Shown here in pieces: positions 18,235 to 28,775 of a stretch of DNA of 64,000 bases. The notes below the pieces were generated by a model. The model saw nothing but the letters and a program-made list of their open reading frames with translations. It was not told the DNA's origin and did not search any database. Origin of the DNA: Candidatus Thorarchaeota archaeon (GTDB taxonomy: Archaea; Asgardarchaeota; Thorarchaeia; Thorarchaeales; Thorarchaeaceae); the NCBI GenBank assembly GCA_030612365.1, contig JAUWOA010000002.1, forward strand, positions 425-64,424. Reading direction: 5' to 3'. The stretch's first letter is position 1, and each line of letters opens with the position of its first letter. The position numbers and the translations under genes are program-made.

Positions 18235-21200
18235 ATGAAACGCAGGAATAGACTGACCCTACTTGTTGTATTTGGACTTATGTTGCTATGTTCAACGCCA
18301 CTCCTCGCAACCTTGCACTCATCGCTTGAGCCGCCGGGAGGACAGATAGCGACTCGACTTGAGAATTCATTCACGCGGTCAGCAGACTCCAGTGTACTTG
18401 TACAGCTGGGCTCCTACGTAATAGTGAATCTTCCTAGTGCAACCATTCCAGATAGGGGCATGGAGATTGAGAGCCTGCTGGCATCCTTCGGGGTTCATAC
18501 TCAGTTGACTACAGTCAGCGACACACTCAGCAACCCTGAAGTGATTGAGAGTGCTCATGTCGTCGTCCTTGATGCCAGTCTTGGGTCTGAAAACGGGAGT
18601 TTTGTGCCGTCGGAGTTCATTGCACTTCTTCTAAGGCACGATAGACCCGTTGTTCTAATCGGGCGCGCGGCCTGGTTATTGCACAGACTTAGAGGGCTAG
18701 GTTCACCCTCGCAGACCGCTTCCATCAACGCCCTTTTGCAGACATCTGAGGGTCACGATGGAGCGGTCTTTCTTTCCTTGCCTGAGAGCCTAACACTGGG
18801 CGCCAGTCTCACATCTGAAACTGGGGTGTTGCTTCCAAATGACCGGGTGCAGACTGAGCGTTCAAGGCTAGAGGACCTGACCGGCAAAGGTGTGTCTGGT
18901 CAGCTTGCCCCCCTGAGACATGACGCGTGGCCTCTTGATGCATTCCTCTTCGGACCCGAGGACCCATCCCTTCTGACTACTAACGGCAGGGGACTCCTGC
19001 TGAACACCATTGCCTATGCAACAGCGATAGGCGAATCACCCACATCGCAGATGCTGATTGACTCACAGATTCCTAAAAGTGAGTTGCTTGCAGGAGGTTT
19101 CCATTACCAGCATGAGTCGATGGTTGAGTTCACGTACTATGCAGTACACTCCATGAGATCGGTGCTCGACGCAACCGCATGGACACAGTGGAGGACTGAC
19201 CATCAATCGAAAGTGCAGAGCATCCTGTCCAGTCTGTACGTTGAAACCGGTTCAGACGCTTGTTTCATGGACTCTGCGTCAGGAAGCAAGGTGAATCTTA
19301 AGACAACTGCTTGGGGGCTCTGGCTAGTTGAGGTCATGGGCCTCTCATCCCAGTTCACAGTGTCAAAGCTTGTAGCCAATCTGAGTGCCGGGCAGGATGT
19401 GTCCGGTGGCTTTAGCGATGACATGACAGCAACATTCCATATCACCGAAGCATTATTCGAGACAGGTGAGCTGTCAGCAATCAACACAGGTACTCTTGAG
19501 TCTTGGCTCAGGGACTGCGTTGTAACGGGATCGGATGCTCCCTCGAACCCAGAATACTGGGGAGGGGTATCAAAGAATCCGTCGAACATCATTCCAAAGA
19601 ACTCCTACTCGGTACAGTACGTACTGGCTCTTGAAATGCTTGAGGAATCACATCACGATCCCAGCAAACTGACAGAATGGATACATGAGGATACATCCAA
19701 CGGTGATGGCTCGTTCAATGATGTTGTGGGGCAGAGCTTTGAAACCGTCACAGGAACGTCCTCCGCACTCACCACACTCTCAGTTCTGGGAACACTCAGT
19801 AGCTCTAACAGAACTGCTGGGCTTGCATGGCTATCATTCAACCAGTTGGACTCTGGCGGGTTTGGAATGCGCGACAAGGCTTTGGATGTCGTTGCTAAGT
19901 CGCGAGAAACCGAGAGAGTCGCGCTGTGTCTGAAAGAGCTGGGAGAAACCACTGGTGACATTATCGGTGGTGTATCAGATTATTTCGCACTTGTGGAAAC
20001 CAACATGGGGTTCGAAACCATGGAGCCCCTCCCGACCCTAATGTGGAGCTACTGGGTCACCGATATCGCAAGGCTTACGCATGGCACGATTGACCATGAG
20101 CAAGCAGTTGACTACTTGGAGTCCTTCGGTGAGTGGAGAATGTATCCCTTCTGGAGCAATATGACCACCTATGCGGGGGCAGAGTACAAATCTACACAGT
20201 ACAGGACCAAGAGTGTTTGGTCACAGTTCTTCGGAGTAGGGCTTGCTGCGTCTTTGAGTGTGCAGCTCCCAGCAGGTATGGTGTCTGGAACATCCAACTA
20301 CATCAGTCAAGCACAGGACTCATCAGGCCACTACAGGAACGCTCCATTGAGCGGAAGTCCGCATATACAGTACAGTGTGGCTGCTGTCGAAGCGCTGTAT
20401 CTCATTGATGAACTTGACACAATCACATACAGGACTCAGCTAGAGTCCGCACTGCTATCGGAATACTCCTCCGGCCAATGGTCCACAGACGGATGGACCC
20501 TGATGCCCTTTGCAAGCCAACAATCTGCGATAGACTTGTTGTGTACGAGGGCAGCATTCCGACTTGGTCTGATAGATCCCACAATGGCGTCAGAGATTGC
20601 TAGTAGCATAGAGGCGAGGATTCAGTACGCTGATCTGGGGGCACTGAGCCAAGACGTAGCTACTCTTTCTCTTCTCAACTCCTCGTTCTCTATTAGTGTA
20701 AGTTCCATCGACCGCGACAATGTACTTGGTGCCCTCGGGTCTTCATCCTTCCCTGATGGTTGGTTCAACTCCACTGACCTATGGCAGCCTGCTCTTACAG
20801 CAGGGGTCTTGAAGATGATATCTGCTCTGGGACTGAGGACCCTTCTCTATGATACATCAGGAGGCTCGATATCAGCTACTGTCCAGTCAGTACCGGATGT
20901 AGGACAGATTCTGAGCCTCGATGTTGTTATCATCTCATCTCTCACTACGCACACAGTCTATGTGCAAGCCTTTGACGAGTGGGTGCGTTTTGATAACGTT
21001 GCCAACACGGACACTCTGGAAGTTCCGATCCCGAATGACGAGTCAGCCCTTGGCCCTGCAAACGTGTCAGTAATGCTGTGGGACTGGGGCGCATCCCGCG
21101 CCTTTGACGGCATCACAACGCAGGTGAGTGGTACACTTCAGGGAACTCTAGACCTTGAAACCCCAACAGTGTTTCTGAATGAGTGTGTCAATGGTACAGT

Positions 21201-24200
21201 GACATGGTCACTCACCAGCGGTGCAGACGCAGGGCTCACTGAAATTGTAATTAGACTTGGCGACCCGCCAACATATCAGGAGTGGACCTACAACGATGTG
21301 AGTCCATTCCACTTCTCTGTGCCTACAACGAGCTTCGACACAGGGACGTACAATCTCACAGTCACCCTGAACATAGAGTACTGTGATGCCCTCGTCCTCC
21401 GTGACGAGGTAGAAATTGCATCCCCTGATCTAACCTACATGCTGGCGCCAGCAGCACTCTCTGGCGATGTGGGACAAGTGATGGTCATTGATTGGTCCTT
21501 GCACTTCTTGGAGAACGATAGCCTGGTTCCAGGTCAGCTCGTGTCACTGGAGGTCAGGGATGACAACGAGTTCATCGTCCACACAGACACCAGTATCTCA
21601 ACAACAAGCCCTGGTCAGTTCCACTGGACACCATCAACGAGGGGCATCTTTGCATTCAAGGTGTTGTTTGAGCGCAATGGCACTCTTCAGTCCTCTGAGG
21701 CCTTAGGATCGGCAGACGTATTTGAGAGCATGGTCCTTGAGTGGATTGACGCAGGGACATTTGACCAACACACCACGGTATCCGTTTCTGTGCAGTTGAG
21801 GACAGGAACAGGAACGCCTCTTCCAGGACAGTCGGTCCATATCACCATAACAGCACCCTCATCCACAGTCTTGCTGGATGCCACGTTTATCACCAACAGT
21901 ACCGGTCATGTACAGGTCACATTCACATTGAACGAGAACGGAGCCTATTCCCTCGAAGCCTCGTTCGCAGGGCAAGGGTTCCTGAAGGCTTCCCAGACGA
22001 CAAACGGTCTCATATCATGGTCCGATAGCGTACTCACACTAGGTGGAGTGCCTCCTGAAGGACTGACTGAGGAGTCATGGACCTTTTGGGCTCTTCTTGA
22101 GGACGCTGCACTACTTCCCCTTGAGGGAGAGTCTGTCATAATGAGGGTCGTTCTGTTACCCTCGACAGTAGTATTTGAGCAGACTCTGCTCACCAACGCA
22201 ACAGGTTATGTGTCAGTCATGTGGTCAACCAGTACGGCAGGCTCCTACCTAGTTGAGGCTGAGTACGAAGGCACCATTTCAAGACAGGCACAATTCGATT
22301 CATCTCCCCTCCATGTGCGGATCTCCGTTAGTCTAGGAATTGAGATCTCATCGGACCCAGAAGTGAGCATGCCCGGCTGGGTCCGGATCTACGCCGAGGA
22401 GAACTGGGGTTCGCCAATAGTCGGACTGATCGTGACGCTGGTAATTAGAAACCCCGCTGATGTCGTGATCTTTGAACAGACAGCCATTACAGGTGGCTCT
22501 GGTTACGCCAACTTCTCATGGACCCCATCAGTGAGAGGGGTGAACATGATAACTACCACATCTGACAGACAGGCATGGTATGAGGCGTCTGAGGCGAACA
22601 CTACCGCGGGAGTGATGGAACAGCCCACAATCACCATAGACATTGACGAGCTCCTTGCGCCCGCCAACAGCTTTCTGACAGTATCTGTTATCGACTCATC
22701 ACTGGCAGGAGTATCAGGGGTCACTGTACGTACCATTGTAACGCTGAACGATGCCACGATACTTGACATGATGAATGTGACTGTCGGTGATGGTACGATT
22801 ATTCTGAACTTACAGCTGACAGAGCCAGGAAACCTCGGTATTGCGGTGAGCATGTCTGAGCAGGGTTGGCTTTTAGCTCAGACCAACAGCACTACTCACG
22901 CAATCCACGGTCTCACACAGATATCCGTGAGCGCACATCCGCAGCCAATAGATCAAGGAACAACATATCCGGTCAAGGCTACACTAATTGGCTGGGACGG
23001 ACAGCCCATGGTCGGTGCCCTTGTCACGATATCCGTGAGTTGGACCAATGGAATACTTGTGGACTCTGCAACTCTTTCAACCGGGATTGACGGAACTTGC
23101 ACTCTAGGTCACATCTTCAATTTGGTGGGCGACTTCATTCTCAACGCGACTTATGTTGGAACCGGACTCAACTGCACGGCCATAGACACCAATGTACAGA
23201 GGGTTCACGTTACACCGTCCCTCACGCTCACTCATGATCCCACAAGCCTTCTGGGCGATGATGTTCAGTTCCTTTGCGGGGTCTATGATTCGTTTGGTCA
23301 GTACGTGACAGGCCGGACTCTCATTCTGTCCATTATGATGAACAGTGCAATTGTCTTTGAAACCCAATTTATCTCTGGCAGCGAGATATCAATGGTGCTC
23401 TGGACACCGGCGGAGCGGGGCCTTGCGACTATCACTCTTATTCACACGGGAGATGCATTCTATCTAGATAACTCAACGGTTTCTACAATGTCCGTTCTGG
23501 AACATGTAAGCGGTACACTTGAAATAGACCCAGCACCGATTGACGTTTTTCAAACAACCACACTCACCTACACACTGGAATCCACAACCGGCCTTTTGGG
23601 GGTTGAGATAGTCTTTGAGATTCTCGGCATAGATCTTGTGCCGGTGTGGACCGAGTCCGCATTCACCAACATCTCGGGAGTCGTGGAGGTTCAGTACATT
23701 GCCAATGACATGCACGGCATCCTGATGGCTCAGGCTGGACCGTCAGAGGACCAGTTCCTCGTGGGCGGGGATGTACAGGAACAGCTGGTCGTAATTGCAC
23801 AGTGTTATGCTACCACGGAATTGGCTCCTCCTCCCGCCTCCGTTGGGAGTGCGGTGAATATCACAATCAACGCAGTGGATGACCTTAGCGAGGCTATAGA
23901 TGGTCTCTCGGTGCAGGTCACGCTCTTCGACCCCTATGGCCAATATGTCAAGTTGGGACTGTGGTCGAACCACATCACAGTTACTTTAGAGGATGGTGTT
24001 GCCTATGCGGAGTTTACACCTGAATACTCGGGACTGTACACAGTCTACCTTGACTCATCAGGTTCCGTGTCAGTGCACTCCTTCCACCACGAGAGCTTTC
24101 ACACTGTCCACACCGCGACCTTCCTAGACTTCGTGGATACCCCCTCGGAGATGGAAGTTGGCGAGTCCTTTGACGTTTCTGTGCTATTCTCTGACTACGC

Positions 24201-26061
24201 AGGCCAACCGCTTGTTGGCATGGATGTGACGCTGCTACTGGAGGGTCCGGGAGGGGTGACAATCGGTCCCGTGAACATCACAACAGATGAGAATGGACTT
24301 GTCTTTTGGAGCACTGTGCTTGACGACGCAGGTCCTTGGCAGCTCACAGCGCAGTTCGATGGTCTTGGAGTGTATCTTGCAGCTCAGGCAGTCCATGACA
24401 TTGATGTGCGAGTGGCCACAGTGGTAGAGGTGGTCTTGCTTGACACTGGCATTATAATCGCAGGAGTGACGCCTGTATGTACAACTGTCTTCTTGACGGA
24501 CTCTCAGGGGACTCCTCTAGAGGGACAGACAATAGGCTACGAAGTCTACCACGAAGCCTATGGTCTGGTGGAGTTGGGCAGCTTCATACAGTTCGGTCAC
24601 GATCCTGAGCCGTTCAACATCACCTTGGTCCGAGGGGGAAATCATACCCTTGTGTTCGTATTCGATGGAACGGAGACCTATCATCCCTCAACCGCAGCAG
24701 TGAATGTGTGGGTGCTTGGTACTAGCAGAATCTCTGTCACAGGGCCGACCAGTGTAGACAGGTCCAATGACTCGGAGCTAGTCATAGCTGTACTGGATGA
24801 AATGGACAATATGTTAGTCCTTGCTGACCTTGGTGTATCGATTACTATGAACGGTCCTGATGGCGCAGTCAACCTAACCGCGTTGGCTGACTGGCATGAG
24901 TTCGAGGTACACATTCCTCTGTGGGCACTTCCCGTGGGAGTTTACATGTTGGACATCACAGTGCTGGAGTCCACCATACGACTGGGGGATGCCTTTCTCC
25001 ACATGCTCAACATGACGGCAGAAACCACGCTAGGGACAGAGGCAGAAGACCTTAACGGTTTTGTTGGCCATTCACACTCTATCACTCTAATTCTGGCAGA
25101 TACACTGGGGGACGGCGTTGATGCCGTGGATGTCTGGGTCAGCCTCTTCGCTCCTGACGGCAGGGAGGTCTATGGGAGCCCGTTGACCTCACAGACGAAG
25201 ATTGGTAGTGTTGATGGACTGATTGAGGTTTCGTGGAATCCGTCAATGACCGGCAACTACACTCTGGAGGTCTGGTTCGAGGGTGACGATTTCAGGGGGG
25301 CCTCATGGTTCACGGTGATTGTGCTAACGCGCCACGCCACGGTGCTAGAGGTGAATTTGCCTGAGGAGGTTACCTTCCCCGCAGAACCGCAGCTCATTCT
25401 GAGCCTCAAGTCTGGGTTTGCCAAGCTAGCGGATGCTGATGTTCACCTATCTATTATGCTTGGGAATGAAACAATCTGGACGACTGTTCTGGAAACTGAT
25501 TTTAGCGGGAGGGCGTTGATAGACATCGAAAGCCTTCTTGCGGGCGAGTACATGGCACTTCTGTTCTATTTGGGGTCTGAGGTCTATGCACCCATCAATG
25601 CCTCCGCAGAGCTCAGGATACTGCCCTGTGTAGCCGTTGCAATTATCACTGTAACAGACGCCTACATCGGTTTCAATTGTTCTGTTGTACTGGGGGTTGC
25701 AGTGCAGGGTGTACCGGAGAACTGGCAGGGGACAATGCAAATCACAGTGTCCGATCCTGATGGCTCTATCATAGCGGTCACAGAAACGATTACATCCGGT
25801 TCCGAATTGAGTCTGCTCTTTGTGCCTAGATTGGAGGGCGCACATGAACTGAACATCACGATTGGCGATCTTCCTGTTATAACGAACTTCACTGATGGCT
25901 TCAGTTTCTCTGTGGTCGATGCTCCACTTGCACTGAAGTTGGATTTTGGTTTAGCGCCTCTTCTTGGTGGAAGTGGGGCTATTGCTGTCATTGGCTATCT
26001 TATCCGCAAGAAGCTAGGTGCCATGATCGACAGTCTGCCAACAGAGTGGGAGTCAACATGA
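18235..26061 (+). CDS. giant (2608 aa) secreted, C-terminally membrane-anchored surface protein: prenyltransferase-like alpha/alpha repeats + ~17 Ig-like beta-sandwich modules
   Basis: Signal peptide MKRRNRLTLLVVFGLMLLCSTPLLA. Repeated Q/D-x-SGGF-type motifs (QDVSGGFSDD, NGDGSFNDV, QLDSGGFGMR, QDSSGHYRN, SSGQWSTDGW) at aa ~290-830. Then ~100-aa repeats of the form P(L/V)xGxxV...TNxTG.a.v.w.p...G.Y. Dozens of N-x-S/T sequons. Terminal TM LAPLLGGSGAIAVIGYLI followed by RKK. Confidence 0.85.
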   Translation: MKRRNRLTLLVVFGLMLLCSTPLLATLHSSLEPPGGQIATRLENSFTRSADSSVLVQLGSYVIVNLPSATIPDRGMEIESLLASFGVHTQLTTVSDTLSNPEVIESAHVVVLDASLGSENGSFVPSEFIALLLRHDRPVVLIGRAAWLLHRLRGLGSPSQTASINALLQTSEGHDGAVFLSLPESLTLGASLTSETGVLLPNDRVQTERSRLEDLTGKGVSGQLAPLRHDAWPLDAFLFGPEDPSLLTTNGRGLLLNTIAYATAIGESPTSQMLIDSQIPKSELLAGGFHYQHESMVEFTYYAVHSMRSVLDATAWTQWRTDHQSKVQSILSSLYVETGSDACFMDSASGSKVNLKTTAWGLWLVEVMGLSSQFTVSKLVANLSAGQDVSGGFSDDMTATFHITEALFETGELSAINTGTLESWLRDCVVTGSDAPSNPEYWGGVSKNPSNIIPKNSYSVQYVLALEMLEESHHDPSKLTEWIHEDTSNGDGSFNDVVGQSFETVTGTSSALTTLSVLGTLSSSNRTAGLAWLSFNQLDSGGFGMRDKALDVVAKSRETERVALCLKELGETTGDIIGGVSDYFALVETNMGFETMEPLPTLMWSYWVTDIARLTHGTIDHEQAVDYLESFGEWRMYPFWSNMTTYAGAEYKSTQYRTKSVWSQFFGVGLAASLSVQLPAGMVSGTSNYISQAQDSSGHYRNAPLSGSPHIQYSVAAVEALYLIDELDTITYRTQLESALLSEYSSGQWSTDGWTLMPFASQQSAIDLLCTRAAFRLGLIDPTMASEIASSIEARIQYADLGALSQDVATLSLLNSSFSISVSSIDRDNVLGALGSSSFPDGWFNSTDLWQPALTAGVLKMISALGLRTLLYDTSGGSISATVQSVPDVGQILSLDVVIISSLTTHTVYVQAFDEWVRFDNVANTDTLEVPIPNDESALGPANVSVMLWDWGASRAFDGITTQVSGTLQGTLDLETPTVFLNECVNGTVTWSLTSGADAGLTEIVIRLGDPPTYQEWTYNDVSPFHFSVPTTSFDTGTYNLTVTLNIEYCDALVLRDEVEIASPDLTYMLAPAALSGDVGQVMVIDWSLHFLENDSLVPGQLVSLEVRDDNEFIVHTDTSISTTSPGQFHWTPSTRGIFAFKVLFERNGTLQSSEALGSADVFESMVLEWIDAGTFDQHTTVSVSVQLRTGTGTPLPGQSVHITITAPSSTVLLDATFITNSTGHVQVTFTLNENGAYSLEASFAGQGFLKASQTTNGLISWSDSVLTLGGVPPEGLTEESWTFWALLEDAALLPLEGESVIMRVVLLPSTVVFEQTLLTNATGYVSVMWSTSTAGSYLVEAEYEGTISRQAQFDSSPLHVRISVSLGIEISSDPEVSMPGWVRIYAEENWGSPIVGLIVTLVIRNPADVVIFEQTAITGGSGYANFSWTPSVRGVNMITTTSDRQAWYEASEANTTAGVMEQPTITIDIDELLAPANSFLTVSVIDSSLAGVSGVTVRTIVTLNDATILDMMNVTVGDGTIILNLQLTEPGNLGIAVSMSEQGWLLAQTNSTTHAIHGLTQISVSAHPQPIDQGTTYPVKATLIGWDGQPMVGALVTISVSWTNGILVDSATLSTGIDGTCTLGHIFNLVGDFILNATYVGTGLNCTAIDTNVQRVHVTPSLTLTHDPTSLLGDDVQFLCGVYDSFGQYVTGRTLILSIMMNSAIVFETQFISGSEISMVLWTPAERGLATITLIHTGDAFYLDNSTVSTMSVLEHVSGTLEIDPAPIDVFQTTTLTYTLESTTGLLGVEIVFEILGIDLVPVWTESAFTNISGVVEVQYIANDMHGILMAQAGPSEDQFLVGGDVQEQLVVIAQCYATTELAPPPASVGSAVNITINAVDDLSEAIDGLSVQVTLFDPYGQYVKLGLWSNHITVTLEDGVAYAEFTPEYSGLYTVYLDSSGSVSVHSFHHESFHTVHTATFLDFVDTPSEMEVGESFDVSVLFSDYAGQPLVGMDVTLLLEGPGGVTIGPVNITTDENGLVFWSTVLDDAGPWQLTAQFDGLGVYLAAQAVHDIDVRVATVVEVVLLDTGIIIAGVTPVCTTVFLTDSQGTPLEGQTIGYEVYHEAYGLVELGSFIQFGHDPEPFNITLVRGGNHTLVFVFDGTETYHPSTAAVNVWVLGTSRISVTGPTSVDRSNDSELVIAVLDEMDNMLVLADLGVSITMNGPDGAVNLTALADWHEFEVHIPLWALPVGVYMLDITVLESTIRLGDAFLHMLNMTAETTLGTEAEDLNGFVGHSHSITLILADTLGDGVDAVDVWVSLFAPDGREVYGSPLTSQTKIGSVDGLIEVSWNPSMTGNYTLEVWFEGDDFRGASWFTVIVLTRHATVLEVNLPEEVTFPAEPQLILSLKSGFAKLADADVHLSIMLGNETIWTTVLETDFSGRALIDIESLLAGEYMALLFYLGSEVYAPINASAELRILPCVAVAIITVTDAYIGFNCSVVLGVAVQGVPENWQGTMQITVSDPDGSIIAVTETITSGSELSLLFVPRLEGAHELNITIGDLPVITNFTDGFSFSVVDAPLALKLDFGLAPLLGGSGAIAVIGYLIRKKLGAMIDSLPTEWEST
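20815..25915 (+). repeat. array of ~17 divergent Ig-like (Big/MG-like) coding repeats inside the giant gene
   Basis: Recurring units, for example PLPGQSVHITITAP...TNSTGHVQVTFTLNENGAYSLEASFAG; PLEGESVIMRVVLL...TNATGYVSVMWSTSTAGSYLVEAEYEG; PIVGLIVTLVIRNP...TGGSGYANFSWTPSVRGVNMI; PLVGMDVTLLLEGP...TDENGLVFWSTVLDDAGPWQLTAQFDG. Boundaries are approximate. Confidence 0.65.
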
Positions 26062-26083
26062 TGAATGAGTAGCTGAATGCTCT

Positions 26084-28081
26084 TCAAGACCGGCCTCGAA
26101 TTTGAGAGAGCATTGCAGAAACGTCATCATCCCAACTGCCATCCTCCATCTGGAGTCGAGTGTAGAAATTCTGCAAATAGCCTTGATATGCAGTAATTGG
26201 CATGCATCGCGCTTTGATTCCGTATTCCTGAGCCCTGGAAGGAAGAATAGATACCAACTCGTGCAAAGTATCATCGGGCAAGCGGGATATGAGGTAACAG
26301 GATGCACCATTTCTTGAAACCCTTGCGGTAGTGGTTGGAGTCTGCAACAAGAATCCTCTTACCATCGAGCAAACATGTTTGGGTTCACCTTGAGCCAGTA
26401 TGAATAATGACGCAAGATCTGATGGCATGGGGTTGTATTGCAGACGAAAATTGAACTTCTTCAACTTGGTTAGTGTTGATTTGAATTGCTCTCTTGTGAT
26501 TCCGTGGAATAGCCAATATCTGTCTGATTCAGGGTCGTCAAGGCTTATACCTCGAGAAACAAGGTCAAGGACTTTTGCTTCATCTTTGCTTGGTCTGAAG
26601 GGTGATTTTCCTTGCCATCCACCAAACTCGTTTCTGAGTCGTCGTATTGTACGTGTTCCGCCGAATGATCTCATGATTCTTGGCAGAGATAGTTTCCATC
26701 TACCTTCTCTAATGTTATACAAACCAAGATTAATCGATCTGCAGGACCATTCAATCTCCTCAACTGAAGGTCTAGCCCTAATGACGCGTTCTGCAGCCGA
26801 CGGTGGCATATGCATCACATGCAGCTTGGGTGGTCTGCCTAGGTCATTGCCTAATCGAGCGGAAAATACCAGATGTTTATGCGGCCACCTGTGAGCGGCT
26901 CCAACATAAATCAGATGTTGAAGTCCAAGGGATTGAGGTTCAATATGCATGTTAAGAAATAGGCCATGAGTCGCGAGAGCTAAACGGTCTCCCCACGCTC
27001 TTCTCGACTGCTTGGCGGTTGCACTAGACACTGGAAGTCCAACAGCCACACTACCGGCTGCATTAAGATTCATGGCATACTTAGTGACCCTTCCAGTCCA
27101 GTCAGGGAACTGCTCGGATATCTTGCGGTATGCCATCGACCAGGGCGTTTCCTCCTCTGACTCAGTCGGGGGTCGACCAAATGGAGGAAGTCTGCCAGTC
27201 ACAGCGAGATTCATTAACCGAACGTAGGGAGGAGGTTGAAGTCCATCCAGAAGACATTGCAAATGCCCAATGTACAATCTAGCGGATTGGCGGAGCGTTT
27301 CCTTAATGCTAATGAACCTCACGGGGTCCTCTTCTGGAAGCCCCTTTCGAGTAGTCCACGCGAGGAACGCCATTATTTCTTCGCGGACCTCGCTTGGGAA
27401 CTCCATGGGAACGAGCTGACTGACCGTTTCCCTCATATCACTGCCAATCATCAGTCCTGGAATCCGAACTTGGGCAGTAAGTGATGCAAGGTCTTCCCAT
27501 GTTGGCGGTGGTCCATCCAGTATTTCCAACGCTCTTTTCACTGTTGATTCAGGTTCCTCTGCGCCTATGCTTTGGTACATCTCATGGTCAGCCTCAACGT
27601 CGTTGGTCAGAGTAATGATGCTGGCCTCGTACTTGTAGATGGCGTGTGATTCATGGACTTCAGCTGTGGCGGCGTTAACAATGGTTAGCCAGTAGCGCTT
27701 ATCATTTTGCAGCTTCTGGACAATATACAGCGCTTCCTCGCCTTTCTCTGTCATCCTTGATGTCCAATCATATGAGGCTGGAGGGTATAGATCATCGGAT
27801 AGTCGCTCTGCCATCGTTGAGTAAGGCCTCTTCGTCACCTCAATAGGTTTCAAAATGATTCTTGCCGCTCTCTTGAGCGAAATATGTTTCGAGACCCCAG
27901 TTTCGTCCACAACAATTTCATCATTGATTTCGTAAGAGTAATCCTTAGTATCGCCTGAGAATGATTCACGTGGTTCCAAAGTGATGTGCGGACCAGTTGC
28001 GTTCCAAGTGAGCTGACCCAAAACGCAGTCACCTGCAGGCGTGAACACCTTGACAGTGATTCTACCGCGCTCTGGTGACAT
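26084..28081 (-). CDS. hypothetical 665-aa protein, paralog of 15516..17402
   Basis: Long ORF convergent with the giant gene (22-nt gap). C-terminal region shares ordered motifs with 15516..17402. Confidence 0.6.
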   Translation of the reverse strand: MSPERGRITVKVFTPAGDCVLGQLTWNATGPHITLEPRESFSGDTKDYSYEINDEIVVDETGVSKHISLKRAARIILKPIEVTKRPYSTMAERLSDDLYPPASYDWTSRMTEKGEEALYIVQKLQNDKRYWLTIVNAATAEVHESHAIYKYEASIITLTNDVEADHEMYQSIGAEEPESTVKRALEILDGPPPTWEDLASLTAQVRIPGLMIGSDMRETVSQLVPMEFPSEVREEIMAFLAWTTRKGLPEEDPVRFISIKETLRQSARLYIGHLQCLLDGLQPPPYVRLMNLAVTGRLPPFGRPPTESEEETPWSMAYRKISEQFPDWTGRVTKYAMNLNAAGSVAVGLPVSSATAKQSRRAWGDRLALATHGLFLNMHIEPQSLGLQHLIYVGAAHRWPHKHLVFSARLGNDLGRPPKLHVMHMPPSAAERVIRARPSVEEIEWSCRSINLGLYNIREGRWKLSLPRIMRSFGGTRTIRRLRNEFGGWQGKSPFRPSKDEAKVLDLVSRGISLDDPESDRYWLFHGITREQFKSTLTKLKKFNFRLQYNPMPSDLASLFILAQGEPKHVCSMVRGFLLQTPTTTARVSRNGASCYLISRLPDDTLHELVSILPSRAQEYGIKARCMPITAYQGYLQNFYTRLQMEDGSWDDDVSAMLSQIRGRS

Positions 28082-28716
28082 AAGATCAATTCCTTCCCGG
28101 GATTGATTCCAACAAGGTAATTAGCCTTGTCCATTGGCGGCTGCAATTGGACTTCTGGCATCATGATCTGTTGCCCGTCCGTGTAACCGTTTTCTCATGG
28201 ATTGAATCGACACTAAAAGTGCGCAAAACGAAAAAAAGGGGATGCAGAGCAGGGAAACCTTCGCGATATGTACCGCTTGAGTGTCCCATGCTCTGAAGTG
28301 TTGCTTATGCACTCCATGGCTCAGGTTTTGGCCGTGAAGGTCCCGTCATCTCATAAGGTCCAATCATGTTAATCATGGTCAAGTAGTTTTGGACCCTCAA
28401 TTATCACCCCGACGATTGATGTGACAAGTTCTGTCAATGTTGAGCTATCAAACTAAGCCTTCTTCACATTTCTCAAGCTCTATTCACTATGAGCCTAAAT
28501 ACAACCTCGGACAATATGATTGGCATCTACCGCCTTTGCAGAGTGAATAACACACACGCTAAAATCTTGGCTAGTAACTCAGAAATTGTTGAGTGGAGAG
28601 GCATCAGGACGGCGGGCTAATTTCTCAACACAACCCTTCACAACCCCCAATTCCCCCCTCCCATAGATACCTGCTGACTCTGCTCTCCGCTCACACCTCT
28701 TTTATCAGCGAATCAT

Positions 28717-28753
28717 AGGAAAAAAAGAATGCTACTTGGCCCAAGCGGACCAA
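28717..28753 (-). terminator. hairpin + T7 tract downstream of rubrerythrin
   Basis: On the minus strand, CTTGGTCC-GCTT-GGGCCAAG (8-bp stem with one G-U, 28734..28753) is followed by TAGCATTCTTTTTTTCC. It begins about 20 nt after the rbr stop. Confidence 0.5.
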
Positions 28754-28775
28754 GTATTGAATTGAATCGCTCAAT

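Noticed and set aside
18235-26061. Alpha-2-macroglobulin/complement-like identity for the giant protein.
   Set aside because: I found no CGEQ-type thioester motif or recognisable bait region by eye. I kept only the generic description of toroid repeats plus Ig-like modules.
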